Below are positions 1 to 10,719 of a stretch of 64,000 nt of DNA, in pieces (positions within the stretch are counted from its first letter, which is position 1; every line of letters starts with the position of its first letter). The stretch covers positions 608,001 through 672,000 of the forward strand of contig OY729427.2 of assembly GCA_963422375.2 (NCBI GenBank), in the 5' to 3' direction. The stretch comes from Bryobacterales bacterium. GTDB lineage: Bacteria > Acidobacteriota > Terriglobia > Bryobacterales > UBA6623. The notes under the pieces are model-generated. The model was not told where the DNA came from, ran no database searches, and saw only the letters and a list, made by a program, of their open reading frames with translations. The translations under genes were made by a program, and so were the position numbers.

Positions 1-5
1 GGGAC

Positions 6-2093
6 TTGCGCTACGACCAGAGTCTGGACGACCAGAACAACTTCTACTTCCGGATCAGCGGGCAGCAGACCACCAACGGGCGCGTGCCTGTGCTACCGGA
101 CAGCGCCGACGGCCTCTACCTTCAAGGCAAGGACGTGGACATCACCAACCGCCAGGTGGCGTTCGTGTACAACGGCGTCTGGTCGCCGAATCTCGTCGGT
201 TCCTTCCGAACCGGCTGGAGCTACATCGACACGGCGGTCGAGCATGCCAACGACGTGGCGGTCAACCCGCTCATCGGGCTGAACATGGGCAACGACCTAG
301 ACGTTTCGACTCCCGGATCCGGGAGCTTCAATCCGGCCGGGTTCCGCGGCGTGGGCAGTTGCTGCTTCAACTACATCGGATCGCAGACGCGCCAGTTCTC
401 GGGGGACATCACCTGGACCAAGGGCCGGCACACCGTCAAGTTCGGTCACACCACCTACTGGCTGCAGAGCCAGATCTTCAATGCAGGCTTCATCACAGGC
501 CGCTTCGTGTTCGACGCCCGCTTCACCGAGGACCCCGTGTCGAGGGCGGGGGGAGACTCGATGGCCGACTTCCTGCTCGGCTACTCGCGCGAGGTGCGGA
601 ACTCGAACCACCGTCACATGGCCCTGCGCGCCCCTTGGATGCACCAGTACGTTCAAGACGACTGGCGGGTCACCGACAAGCTCACCGTCAATCTCGGCCT
701 GCGCTACGAGGTAAGCCTGCCTTGGGTCGACGTCTTCGACAAGATCTCCAACCTCGATGTGGACACCGACACGAACGTGCCGAAATTCGTCGTAGTGGGC
801 GAGCGCGGGGAGGGGCGGTTCCGGCGCTCGCTGGTGCGTTCGGATCTGAACAATCTCGCGCCGCGCTTCGGATTCGCCTACCGCGCCCAGAAGGGCACGG
901 TGATCCGGGGCGGCTTCGGCCTCTTCTACGCCAACACCATGAATACCGGGGGCGGGGAGTTCATGGAGACGAACCCCCCGGCGCACGTCAAGACCCAGAT
1001 CGCCACCGACCGGATCAATCCTACGATCAGAATGCAAGCGGGCCAAGGCACGGGGGCGCTGACGCCGGAGAAGTCGCCACCCCTGGTCCCGGGATCCTTC
1101 GAGATCGACCCGCCGTGGCCCGTGGCCTCCCAGTGGAACTTCAACATCCAGAAGCAGCTGCCCAGCAACGTGCTGTGGGAAGTCGGCTACTTCGGCACCA
1201 AGGGCACCCACATCATCCGCCGGTACAACCTGAACTACGCCCCGCCCGGCCCGGGAAACCCGAACAGCCGCCGCATCTGGCAGAGGGTGCTCTTCCCGGG
1301 TAGCGAACACCATGTAGGGCTGTCGTTCCTGCACAATTTTCGCAATAACTCCAACTCGAACTACCACGCCCTGCAGACGAAGGTCGAGAAGCGCTACGGC
1401 AGCGGGCTGAGCTTCCTGCTCTCCTACACTTGGTCCAAGGCGATCGGGGACTACAGCTTCATTCCCGGCGAGGACCGGAGCATCGGCGCGAACTGGGGCG
1501 TCCAGAACCCGCTGGATCTGGCGGCCGAACGGTCGCTGCTCAACCAGCACGTCGCGCACCGAGCCGTAGTCAGCTACCTGTACGACCTGCCCTTCGGCAA
1601 GGGACGCCAGTTCGGCGCCGGCTGGGGCAAGGCCGCGAACGCGGTTGTGGGCGGCTGGACGATCGGCGGCATCAACAGCTTCATCACGGGCTTCCCGATG
1701 AATCTCTCCGTCCGCGGCAACCCCTCGAACACGGGCGGGTTCAACCTCGACCGGCCCAAGGTGGTGGGGGAATGGGGGATCCCGCGGTCCGAGCGCGGGC
1801 CCGACCGCTGGTTCAACACGGCGGCCTTTGTTCGCAACGACCCGTACACCTTCGGCAATGCCGGGCGCAACATCCTCGAGGCGCCCGGGACCGTCAAGTT
1901 CGACCTCGCGCTGCACAAGAACTTCCAAGCGAGCGAGAAGGTGCGGCTGCAGTTCCGGGCCGAGGCGTTCAACGCCTTTAACAGCCCGATCTTCGACGGC
2001 CCGAACCTTCAGGTGGGAAACAGGAACCTCGGGGTGATATCGAACGCCGCTCCCGGCCGGGTCATGCAGCTCGCGCTCAAGGTGATCTTCTGA
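6..2093 (+). CDS. TonB-dependent receptor, Acidobacteria/Oar-like type (C-terminal part; 5' end outside window)
   Basis: Beta-barrel motifs YVQDDWRVTDKLTVNLGLRYE, NLAPRFGFAY, QFRAEAFNAFN; C-terminal Phe (QLALKVIF). Confidence 0.92.
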   Translation: MRYDQSLDDQNNFYFRISGQQTTNGRVPVLPDSADGLYLQGKDVDITNRQVAFVYNGVWSPNLVGSFRTGWSYIDTAVEHANDVAVNPLIGLNMGNDLDVSTPGSGSFNPAGFRGVGSCCFNYIGSQTRQFSGDITWTKGRHTVKFGHTTYWLQSQIFNAGFITGRFVFDARFTEDPVSRAGGDSMADFLLGYSREVRNSNHRHMALRAPWMHQYVQDDWRVTDKLTVNLGLRYEVSLPWVDVFDKISNLDVDTDTNVPKFVVVGERGEGRFRRSLVRSDLNNLAPRFGFAYRAQKGTVIRGGFGLFYANTMNTGGGEFMETNPPAHVKTQIATDRINPTIRMQAGQGTGALTPEKSPPLVPGSFEIDPPWPVASQWNFNIQKQLPSNVLWEVGYFGTKGTHIIRRYNLNYAPPGPGNPNSRRIWQRVLFPGSEHHVGLSFLHNFRNNSNSNYHALQTKVEKRYGSGLSFLLSYTWSKAIGDYSFIPGEDRSIGANWGVQNPLDLAAERSLLNQHVAHRAVVSYLYDLPFGKGRQFGAGWGKAANAVVGGWTIGGINSFITGFPMNLSVRGNPSNTGGFNLDRPKVVGEWGIPRSERGPDRWFNTAAFVRNDPYTFGNAGRNILEAPGTVKFDLALHKNFQASEKVRLQFRAEAFNAFNSPIFDGPNLQVGNRNLGVISNAAPGRVMQLALKVIF

Positions 2094-2247
2094 CGGCTCC
2101 CGCCGTGCCCCGGCGAGAACCCGCAAGCGAGCGGCCTACGGGCGGCGCGCCCGGTGCTCGGGCGCGCCGCCCGTTCCCGCTCTCGGACGGACGGCATGCA
2201 GCCGGCATTTCGCAGGCGCATCCCGCCCCGCAGGGCATCCGGAAGAG

Positions 2248-3660
2248 CTAGAGCCTCGAGAGACACCCTCCGACGAAGACTGCGTGAAGTTCGCGCAGAT
2301 TGTGGATGTTTTCGAGAGGATTGGCGTTCAGGACCACGAGGTCCGCGAGATAGCCGGTCTTCAGCGCGCCCCGCTCGCTTTCGACGCCGAGGGCGGCAGC
2401 GCTGCCGGTGGACAACGCACGGATCACGCTGGCGGCTGACATGCCCGCGCGTTTCAGCAGGACTGCCTCGCGATATTCCGCAAAGCCCGCGAACGAGCCC
2501 GGAACGCCCGATCCGCTGGCAAGGCCGATCTTCACGCCGGCGGATTCGATCCTCCGCAGGTTGCGCTTGGCGATGTCCAGGCGGATCATTCTCAGGGCGC
2601 GATCCGGATCCAGCGCCTGGCGCATGTGGACGGGCCCCCGCAGCAAGCCGGAGACGCCGGTAGGGAGCGACCGCCGCAAGTAACGGTCGTCAAGCCACGT
2701 CGCTTGGTCGCCGTACTCGAATTGCAGGGATAGTTCCGAGAGCGCAGGCGCGAAGACAGCGCCCGATGCGCGCAGGTCCGAGATGAAGGCTCCCGATAAC
2801 TCGGTGTCGCTGACGCTCCCGAGGATCGCCCGCGCGCCGGCGCGAACCGCGACGGTCGCGGTCCTCTCGGTCGCTGCCAGCACCGCGACCCGCAGGCCGC
2901 GCTGCGAGCCCCGGTCGATCGCGGCCGTGGCGACGGCCAGCCGATCCGGGGCGTTCTGATCGACGTCGCCCAGCCTGAGCTCGATATAGTCCGCCCCTTC
3001 GTCCGCGAGCCGGTCAACCGCATGCCGTGCGTCGGGTGGGCTTCGCACTGTCTCGATGAGAGAGTCGATCTCGCTCGGCCCGCCCCGGCCCGTGCCAGCC
3101 AGTGCCAGCGAGCGAAAAGGCGTCATGACACGGGCCGCGCTCCGTACGACACCAGAGAGAATCTCGTCCCGGAGCCTTCCGAGAACCGCGCTGTCGGGCC
3201 CGAGCGTGGTCGTCGTCGTCACGCCGTAGGCCGAGTACGTTTGCAGCTGCGCGAGAATCTCGGACCGGCTAAAGGGCTCCCCCTGCCCCTCTGGGCTGAT
3301 TACCAGACCGGCAAGTCCGCGCAGGTTGATGATCCCGGGAACGACCGTCTTCCCGGACACGTCGAAGACTCGAGTGCGTTCCGGTGCTTCGAACGAGCCG
3401 GTCGGTCCGATCCGGACGATGCGCCCGCCACTGATCAGAATGTCGGTTCCGGGTCGCGGCGGGCCCGCGGATCCATCGATAAGAAGGCCACCCCTGAGAA
3501 GCGCCGGCGCCGAGCCCGACACGGACGAATCGCACGGAGGGGTCGCCAGCAGCGCGGGCGCAAGGAAGGCCGTCGACAGGCAGGGTATCGCGAACGGGAG
3601 ACCGGCGGAGCCGAGGCGGCCCCGCGGGACTCGAGCGGTGATATCGCGAGCAATCGCCAT
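2248..3660 (-). CDS. Amidohydrolase-superfamily protein (metal ligands apparently lost), probably exported
   Basis: N-terminal DILISGGRIVRIG...DVSGKTVVPG and C-terminal RGALKTGYLADLVVLNANPLENI...VFVGG are typical of the fold. Start codon uncertain. Confidence 0.85.
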   Translation of the reverse strand: MAIARDITARVPRGRLGSAGLPFAIPCLSTAFLAPALLATPPCDSSVSGSAPALLRGGLLIDGSAGPPRPGTDILISGGRIVRIGPTGSFEAPERTRVFDVSGKTVVPGIINLRGLAGLVISPEGQGEPFSRSEILAQLQTYSAYGVTTTTTLGPDSAVLGRLRDEILSGVVRSAARVMTPFRSLALAGTGRGGPSEIDSLIETVRSPPDARHAVDRLADEGADYIELRLGDVDQNAPDRLAVATAAIDRGSQRGLRVAVLAATERTATVAVRAGARAILGSVSDTELSGAFISDLRASGAVFAPALSELSLQFEYGDQATWLDDRYLRRSLPTGVSGLLRGPVHMRQALDPDRALRMIRLDIAKRNLRRIESAGVKIGLASGSGVPGSFAGFAEYREAVLLKRAGMSAASVIRALSTGSAAALGVESERGALKTGYLADLVVLNANPLENIHNLRELHAVFVGGCLSRL

Positions 3661-3844
3661 CGGTTGGAGCTGGAGTGAGCCTCAGCAGACCCTGAGAGTA
3701 CCGGCCGGAAGACTCCGGCCTGCGCCTAGCCCCCGCCCGCAATTCGGCACGGCCTGCATGGTCGCATGACGGCTTCGAGGAAGGCGACGCCGGTTGAACG
3801 CGGCCGGGCTACGGCGTCGAGGCGGCACCACGGAGGCCTCGGAA

Positions 3845-4936
3845 TCACTGGTCGCCAATGCGGTCGAGGTCGTTCCACAGGAATTCCACGCCGTGACCCG
3901 GGCTTGAGGGAGCCTCTGCGCAGCCGGAAGCGATCGACAGCGGTTGCTCGATGTAAGCGTCCAAGCTGAAACCGTGAACTTCGAGGAACGAGGCGTTCGG
4001 CACCGCCGCCAGCAGGCTGACATGTAAATCATGGACACCGTGCGAGGTGACTGGCAGATGACGTGCTTCGGCGAGGCGAGCGACCTTCATCCAAACCGTA
4101 ATCCCGCCGCAATTCGTGACGTCCGGTTCCGGAACGGTCACGCCGCCAGCCGAGATCAATGCTTCGAATTCGTCCAGCGCATGCAGATTCTCGCCGGCAG
4201 CGACAGGCAGAGCCCCTTCTCGCACGACACGTACATGGCCGCGGACATCTGTCGGGGAGACCGGCTCCTCCAACCAGTAAACGTCGAACTGCGCGAATGC
4301 GCGAGACGCATGGACCGCCTGGTCGGCACTCCACTTCATGTTCGCGTCCACCATCAGCGGCGTTTCCGGTCCGATCAGGTCGCGGATGGCGCGGACGCGA
4401 TCCAGATCGTCGCTCAGCCGCGGCCGCCCGACTTTCATCTTGATGGCGCGGAATCCGCGTTCCAGATGCATCTGCGTCCGCTCTTCCAACTCGGACAGCG
4501 GGAGGTTCAGGTCGATGCCCCCGGCATAGGCTCGGACCTTCGGGTCGTGCCCGCCAAGCAGCCGCCATAGCGGCTCTTGCAGCGCCTTGGCCTTCAAGTC
4601 CCATAGAGCGATGTCAACCGCTGAAATAGCGAAGCTCGCCGGCCCTCCTCGCCCGACATAGTGGGTTCGCTCCCACATCCTCGCCCAGAGATCCTCGATC
4701 CGTCGCGGGTCGGTGCCCCTGAGGACGGGTTCCAGGTCGTCCGCGACCAACGACTCGATGGCCGCCGCTCCGGCCGTACCGACGGTGTAGGTGAAGCCGA
4801 GACCCTCCAGGCCATCGCGCGTCCGCACCCTGACCGCGACGAGGGAGAAGGAAGAAATGAGGCCGTGCGTGGCGTCCCCAACAGCCTCGGCAAGAGGAAT
4901 CGTGTAGCGGGATACATCGACGCTCTCGACCCTCAT
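3845..4936 (-). CDS. Mandelate racemase/muconate lactonizing enzyme family (enolase superfamily)
   Basis: AISAVDIALWDLKAK, KMKVG, MVDAN, WLEEP, GEN motifs. ATG at 4936 (MRVESV) chosen over the longer ORF start. Confidence 0.92.
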   Translation of the reverse strand: MRVESVDVSRYTIPLAEAVGDATHGLISSFSLVAVRVRTRDGLEGLGFTYTVGTAGAAAIESLVADDLEPVLRGTDPRRIEDLWARMWERTHYVGRGGPASFAISAVDIALWDLKAKALQEPLWRLLGGHDPKVRAYAGGIDLNLPLSELEERTQMHLERGFRAIKMKVGRPRLSDDLDRVRAIRDLIGPETPLMVDANMKWSADQAVHASRAFAQFDVYWLEEPVSPTDVRGHVRVVREGALPVAAGENLHALDEFEALISAGGVTVPEPDVTNCGGITVWMKVARLAEARHLPVTSHGVHDLHVSLLAAVPNASFLEVHGFSLDAYIEQPLSIASGCAEAPSSPGHGVEFLWNDLDRIGDQ

Positions 4937-5582
4937 CCGGTATTCAGGATAGGGCACCTGCGTGCAGACTGCGAGTGACGCCAGGATGCACGAGGCACCC
5001 ATATGCTCCGGTCCCGCGCCAGAGCAAAGGCCGGGAACGGAGGACAACTCGGTCGTTACCGACCTTCGCAGCCTAGGTCAACCTCCCGCAACGCCCAACC
5101 CCTGGCAGCTGTCGGGCAAGCGTCGCCGGCCGTTGGCCCCCTCCGGACATTCTGACTCCAGCGCGCGTCTGCGTCCGGTCCCGCTCCGGTCGGGCTGCCT
5201 ACCGTGACGCATCCCACCCTCGTGCGGGTTGAGCATGCCCTGACGACTAGCACCGCCGAGACAAGCCGCCCGTAGCCGTTGGAGCGGGCTAGACGCCGGA
5301 GGCCGCGAACGCTCGCGACGGCAAGCCGCCGCGTCCGCTCCGACGCACGAGACCACGGTACTCTGTCATCATCACCGGACTGCCACGCTCGTCCGGCGGT
5401 CCACCCGTAGCACGAACACGGTACAATGGTGCCTTGCAGCGGGTATGGTGGGACTTGGAATTCCTCGGCATGCCGTCTGCGGCCTCCTGCGCGGACAGAT
5501 CTACCTCAGTCGTCGCACGCGTCCATCGTGATCCGCACACAGCCCTCGTGCGGAATGCGTGAGGATCGGCCAAGTAGGTCCG

Positions 5583-8022
5583 ATGCCGCAAAGCGGCCTC
5601 CCATTCGGCAGCGAATTCACGCCCCGGACCATTGATCTGCCCGTCCTCATTGAGTTCGCTCATGGGTGCGGACTGGAAAACATTCGAGACCGCTGTGAGA
5701 GATCGTTATTGCTCCGGTCACAGCAGTTTCGAATACAACAAGAGGAAGCTCGCCAGCAACACGAGAGTGGCGATGCGCAGCTACGGGCTCATCCGGCAAG
5801 ATGACACCGTTCTGACAGATACTGGAAACGAACTCTACTCTCTCAGAAATGATGGACCTGCACTCTATGAACGCTTTGCCCAGCATATCTTGCGGAATCT
5901 AAAGGAAATGGAATTCATCAATTGTATTCTTGACATGCAAGTAGAAGGGGAGAGTATCTATCTAGAGAAGTTAAGAAAGTGGCTCGACGAGTGTGGTATT
6001 CACGTCCCTTGAGGAGGCAAGAAACATGAGCACAATACGCATATGGTTGGAACAGTACCGTGTCTTTGATCCAGCCAGATATCGTGTCAAATGTGACCAA
6101 GTCCATGAAATAATAGGAATAGACATTCATGAGGACCAAGGACTTTCTGACCTCACACAATAGCAGAGAGGATTCCTGAAGACCTATGCAAGTTTGGGAC
6201 GTAAGGCCCTTTATAAATCGTCAGATATTGAACGCTTCGCAACAAAAGTTTACCTGATTACCTTACCAACGAACATCAGCCGAGGATATGCTATACGGGA
6301 GGAGGTCGGAAATCTCTGATAGGAAAGGGGATAGCAGCTGAAACGCAATCGCGTGCAATTCCAGAAGGGACTCAGCCAGGGCAAGTTCCTGCAGCGCTAC
6401 GGCAGCGAGGGCCATGCGAGCACGCCGTCTTCAACGCCCGCTGGCCGGACGGCTTCCGCTGCCCGGAGTGCGGCTCCCGCCGGCACTGCCGCATCCGCTC
6501 CCGCAAGCTCCGGCAGTGCAATGCCGCAATGCCTGCCACCGCCGGACCTCCCTCGTCGCCGGCACGATCTTCGCCGCCACCCAGCTGCCGCTGACCGTCT
6601 GGTTGCTGGCGCTCCACCGGCTGACGCAGGGCCAGCACGGCGTTTCGTCGCTGGAACTGGCGCGGCAGCCGGGCGTGAGCCGGAACACGGCTTGGAAGGT
6701 GCAGCACAAGCTCCTGCAAGTGATGAAGGAGCGCGACGAGCGCGTGCCGCCGGGCGGCATCGTGCAGGTGGACGACGCCTGCTGGGGCCTACTGGGGCGG
6801 GGAGCGGACCGGCGGCGGCAAGCGCGGGCGCGGCGCGGCGGGCAAGACGCCGTTCGTCGCCGCCGTGCAGGTCAGCGCCGCCGGCCAGCCGGCAAGGATG
6901 CGCATGAGCAGCGTGGCGGGCTTCCGCAAGAAGACGCTGGCAGCATGGGCCGGGCGGCACTTGCAGCCCGGCACGGAGGTGCATTCCGACGGCTTGGCCT
7001 GCTTGCGGGGCGTGGCCGGCGCCGGCTGCGAGCACGTGCCGACCGTCACCGGAGGCGGGCAGCGGAGCTGCGGGGATTCCCGCTTCGTCCGGGTCAACAC
7101 GATGCCGGCGAACGTCAAGCGGTCCCTGGCGGGAACCTGCCATGCGCTCGACGGCAAGCACCTGCCGCGCTACCTCGCCGAGTTCCGCTACCGCTTCAAC
7201 CGCCGCTACGATCTCGAGGCGCTGGTCCCCCGCCTGCTCCACGCCTCCGTGCGCACCCCGCCCATGCCGTACCGCCTCCTAACCTTGGCTGAGTCTTGTG
7301 GGTAATCAGGAAAGTTTATGGTGTTGAATTTGACGGGAAGAACTTCTCGAATAGTGTGTAATATCCACTAAAGAACGCGAACTATGTTGATCTAAAGCGC
7401 GGGACTAACGTTTCACGAGGAGGAGCGATTCCTTTCTTTGTCACTGCAACAGAATCTCTATATAGGCAGGTCATTCTCCCATTTCTTGATTAGATTGATC
7501 AACTTGCATCCAACGATCTCCTACTATTTCCTCGCAGATCTCTCAATTCCGTTCGAAGTGAACTGGAGTCCAACGATCGGCACATTCGCGTCCTTGCGCT
7601 AGAGGCTCTTGCGTTCAAACTCATGCGACTCATTAATTTGAGATATTTCGCGAAACGTTTGCGCGGCAGCGCAACGGGCGGAGCAGAGGTGGACTTGCTC
7701 TTTGGGAGTGCTTGGCTCGCCTAATCTCGCAGGCAGATTCAATGCAAGAATACGCAGCTCGTGTCTCTTGAAGACGTAGCAAAGGAAGTTGGACTCACCC
7801 GGATTCTCAAAGGAAACGTAGTCGTCATGGTGACCACTGGGTGCATCAGAGAACAAGCCCGAGCGCTTGCAAACAAGGTCATGGCTGACTCAATCCCTTG
7901 CATCGCGATGATCAACGGCAGTGACCTTGCAGAGATCGAGAGCAACCCAGTAGTGATCATTGACGCGCTGAACCGCGAGTCTCGCCAAGCGATTGCACTC
8001 AAGAAACTGGAGGATTGGAATG
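5583..8022 (+). pseudogene. Restriction endonuclease (Mrr-like PD-(D/E)xK C-terminal domain); multiple stops and frameshifts; interrupted by IS at 6253-7310
   Basis: Fragments MPQSGLPFGSEF..., ...LEALAFKLMRLINL...GGAEVDLLF...QIQCKNT...DVAKEVG in several frames. Low GC. Lies directly upstream of a DNA MTase. Confidence 0.75.
6253..7310 (+). mobile_element. IS1595-family element, type A copy 1 (defective transposase ~6338-7305)
   Basis: TIR CCTGATTACC/GGTAATCAGG; 8-bp TSD AAAGTTTA (6245-6252 and 7311-7318). Zn-ribbon CPEC and KHLPRYLAEFRYRFNRR motifs. Start codon is CTG (ATG in copy 2) and the gene is frameshifted. Confidence 0.93.
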
Positions 8023-9430
8023 ACTACTCCAAGTCAAGCTCAGGTCGCTCCGCGCACGTTCCATCAAACCGCGCTTGGACGGATCGTCCTTGGAGACAGC
8101 TTGGAGATATTATCTTCGCCTCGATCCGATTCCGTTAATCTAGTTAGTGCCTGTGACAAAACTCGTATCCCTTTGATAAAAAAGGCGTTAGGTCCAATTT
8201 CTCAAGGCGAAGATTTCACTGGAATGCTACGACTAGTCCGAAATCCTGCCAATTCTGGGTAGAGCGCGGAAATCTTCGCGATTGGCGGCTGAGCAACTTC
8301 CGACCTTGGGCCCTATATGTTGTGCTTGGTTGTGCTTGGAGATCCATCCGACATCAGGATGTAGTATGAAATGCTGATCAGGCCAGAATTCAGGGGTTTT
8401 GTCACAAGCACTAGTTATGACAAGTCCTCCATTCGGACTAGTCAGGAAGAAAGACTATGGCAATGTCGAGGTAGACGAATATGTTGAATGTTTCAAGCCA
8501 TTTGCAAGTGACATCTACCGCATGACATGCGGGAACGGAAGCTTGGTAGTCGATAGAGTAGGTGCTTGGAACAAAGGGTATCCGACTCGCAATCTCTACG
8601 ATTTCAAGCTACTCACAATGCTTTGTGAGGAACTTGGATTTCACTTGACCGAAGATTTATCTTGGTGGAATCCCTCAAGACTTCTCACCCCTTCCGAGTG
8701 GGTCACCGTGCGGATAATTCAAGTAATTGACGCCATCAATCCAGTCTTATGGCTATCGAATATAGCTTGGACAAAGGCAAGAAATCTCCGAGTAATTCCG
8801 CCCTAAGTTCCGAGCATGAGAGACTTGATTTCTAGTCCAAACTACAAGGAAAAAAAGCGCCAATTAGGTCATTATATCAGTGACAATTTCCGGGTTGACA
8901 ATGGCGTTTCCATCCTTCACAACTTTATCTATATATCGAACACCGAGAGCAAAAGTTTCTATTCTAGGTACTATCATAGCAAGGGACTTCGACCGCTATT
9001 TGCACTCATTCCGTCTGATTATCCCGAGTTATTTATTCGACTTCTGACAGATTGTCGTGATATTCTTGTCAATCCATTTGCATGAAGTGGCGTCACCGGC
9101 GAAGTCTGCGAGCGCCTAGGAGGGCAGTGGATTTGCGTGGAGATCGTCGAAGAATACCGCCAGTCTGCTCTCGGACGCTTCTTGCAGGACTCGCGTGACC
9201 AGATACCGCCTCCAGCCAAGCGCGGGAGGTCATCCAGCTACTACAGGGTTTCGCGGCCGGCCGTCCCTTGGGACGAGCCGGCCCGCGAGAGGTTGCAGGA
9301 GAACGGAGGACGGAAACGACTAGTCAAGACGAATTCCGTCAAACCCGCTGCCGTGCGCGGCTCGATTGGCGGGAGCGCCGGCGTGGATCAGCCCGCTGGC
9401 ATGGCGGCGTCGCCGAACGACCCTGAATGA
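8020..9430 (+). pseudogene. Site-specific DNA methyltransferase, M.PvuII-like beta-class (N4-C/N6-A); multiple stops; MITE inserted
   Basis: GGAGGA RBS then ATG at 8020. GDSLEIL...DSVNLV|MTSPPFGLVRKKDYGN, WWNPSRL.TP.EWVTVR, and motif I NPFA*SGVTG containing a stop. Confidence 0.88.
8146..8412. mobile_element. MITE (267 bp), copy 1
   Basis: TIR AGTGCCTGTGACAAAAC / GTTTTGTCACAAGCACT; 4-bp TSD AGTT. Removing it restores DSVNLV-MTSPPF. Homologous to 22014-22270 in inverted orientation. Confidence 0.9.
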
Positions 9431-9567
9431 GTCCGGCTTTCGGGTCGCGTCGTACCGTACCCGCTTCCCTGCCGCCCGCCTTGGTTCGGGCGCCGGCCTC
9501 CGACCGCGTAATCCTAGACGGGCAAACCCTCCGAGACGGCCTGCGGTCGGTACAATGGTGGCCTGAC

Positions 9568-10446
9568 GTGAGTGTCGCGAAACCGAAGAATCGCAGTCTC
9601 CGGAGCCCAGCGCCCGGACGGATCGCGCGCGCATTCGCTCGAGCGAAGTCGGACGGATCGCGCGCTCTGATCGCTTATTTGACCGCGGGTGACCCGTCCC
9701 CGGACCGAACAGTCGAGCTTGTCAGGGCGCTTGAGCGCGGCGGGACGGACATTCTGGAGCTTGGAGTGCCGTTTTCGGATCCCATTGCCGACGGACCGGT
9801 GATCCAAAGAGCAAGCGGGCGGGCGCTGCAGGCCGGCACAAGCGTTCGGGTAGTGCTGCGCATCGTGAAGGATCTGCGGGCCGCCTCCGATCTTCCGGTA
9901 GTGGTATTCAGCTACCTGAACCCAATCCTCCGCTACGGATTCGAGCGGTTCGCCGACGACGCGGTCGAAGCGGGCGTGGACGGGGCCCTGCTGACCGACC
10001 TGAACATCGAGGAAGCCGGCAGGTACACATCGGAAATGCGCCGACGCGGGCTCGATTGCGTGTTCCTCGTCACACAGAGCACTCCCAGCGAGCGGATCGA
10101 GGAAATCGTCCGCGAGTGCAGCGGCTTCGTGTACGTGGTCTCCCGCGCGGGCGTGACCGGCGTGCGCAGCGGCATCGCGAGCGAGGCGCTTTCCTTGCTG
10201 GAGCGCGCGCGCGGCCGGACGAGTCTTCCGCTGGCCATCGGCTTCGGTCTCTCGAAGCGCGAGCACATGGAACTGGTCGCCCCGTACGCCGAGGGAGCGG
10301 TCGTGGGAAGCGCCTTCATGCGCTTGATTGAGGAGCACTCGGGCTCCTCCGGCCTTGCGGCCCAGCTTGAGTCGCTAGCCCGGGATTTCAAGACAGGCCT
10401 GACACTCCCGCGTTCGGGAGGGGAGGCAGCGAGGCAGCGTCCATGA
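9568..10446 (+). CDS. trpA: Tryptophan synthase alpha chain
   Basis: LIAYLTAGDP, ELGVPFSDPIADGPVIQ, GFVYVVSRAGVTG, GFG, GAVVGSA. GTG start is tentative. Confidence 0.96.
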   Translation: MSVAKPKNRSLRSPAPGRIARAFARAKSDGSRALIAYLTAGDPSPDRTVELVRALERGGTDILELGVPFSDPIADGPVIQRASGRALQAGTSVRVVLRIVKDLRAASDLPVVVFSYLNPILRYGFERFADDAVEAGVDGALLTDLNIEEAGRYTSEMRRRGLDCVFLVTQSTPSERIEEIVRECSGFVYVVSRAGVTGVRSGIASEALSLLERARGRTSLPLAIGFGLSKREHMELVAPYAEGAVVGSAFMRLIEEHSGSSGLAAQLESLARDFKTGLTLPRSGGEAARQRP

Positions 10447-10712
10447 AAGGCCTGAGTGACTGGCGTGCCGAAATCGACCGAGTCGACCAAGAGCTCGTCG
10501 CACTGCTAAACCGCCGGGCCGCGAGCGTGCTAGGGCTCGCGCCGCTCAAGCGCCAGGAGGGCAGGCCGGTTCACGAGCCGCTCCGCGAGCGAAGCGTGGT
10601 CCAGAATATCGTGGCGTCGAATCGAGGGCCCCTGTCCGACGAGGCTCTCGTGCGAATCTATCGTGCAGTGATCGAAGAGATGCGCGCGATGCAGCGAGAG
10701 CGCGGCGACTGA
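10443..10712 (+). CDS. Chorismate mutase (AroQ type, monofunctional)
   Basis: LSDWRAEIDRVDQELVALLNRRA...REx...NRGPLSDEA; start overlaps trpA stop (ATGA). Confidence 0.92.
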   Translation: MKGLSDWRAEIDRVDQELVALLNRRAASVLGLAPLKRQEGRPVHEPLRERSVVQNIVASNRGPLSDEALVRIYRAVIEEMRAMQRERGD

Positions 10713-10719
10713 TCGGCCC

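Noticed and set aside
297..2126. Long antisense or alternative-frame ORFs (for example 297-2126, 36935-38521, 52001-54001, 62138-63892)
   Set aside because: These are shadow ORFs of high-GC genes, with Arg/Pro/Ala-rich composition and no family motifs.
5050..5580. ncRNA or tRNA integration site before the R-M island
   Set aside because: No cloverleaf, att repeat or recognisable RNA motif could be supported.
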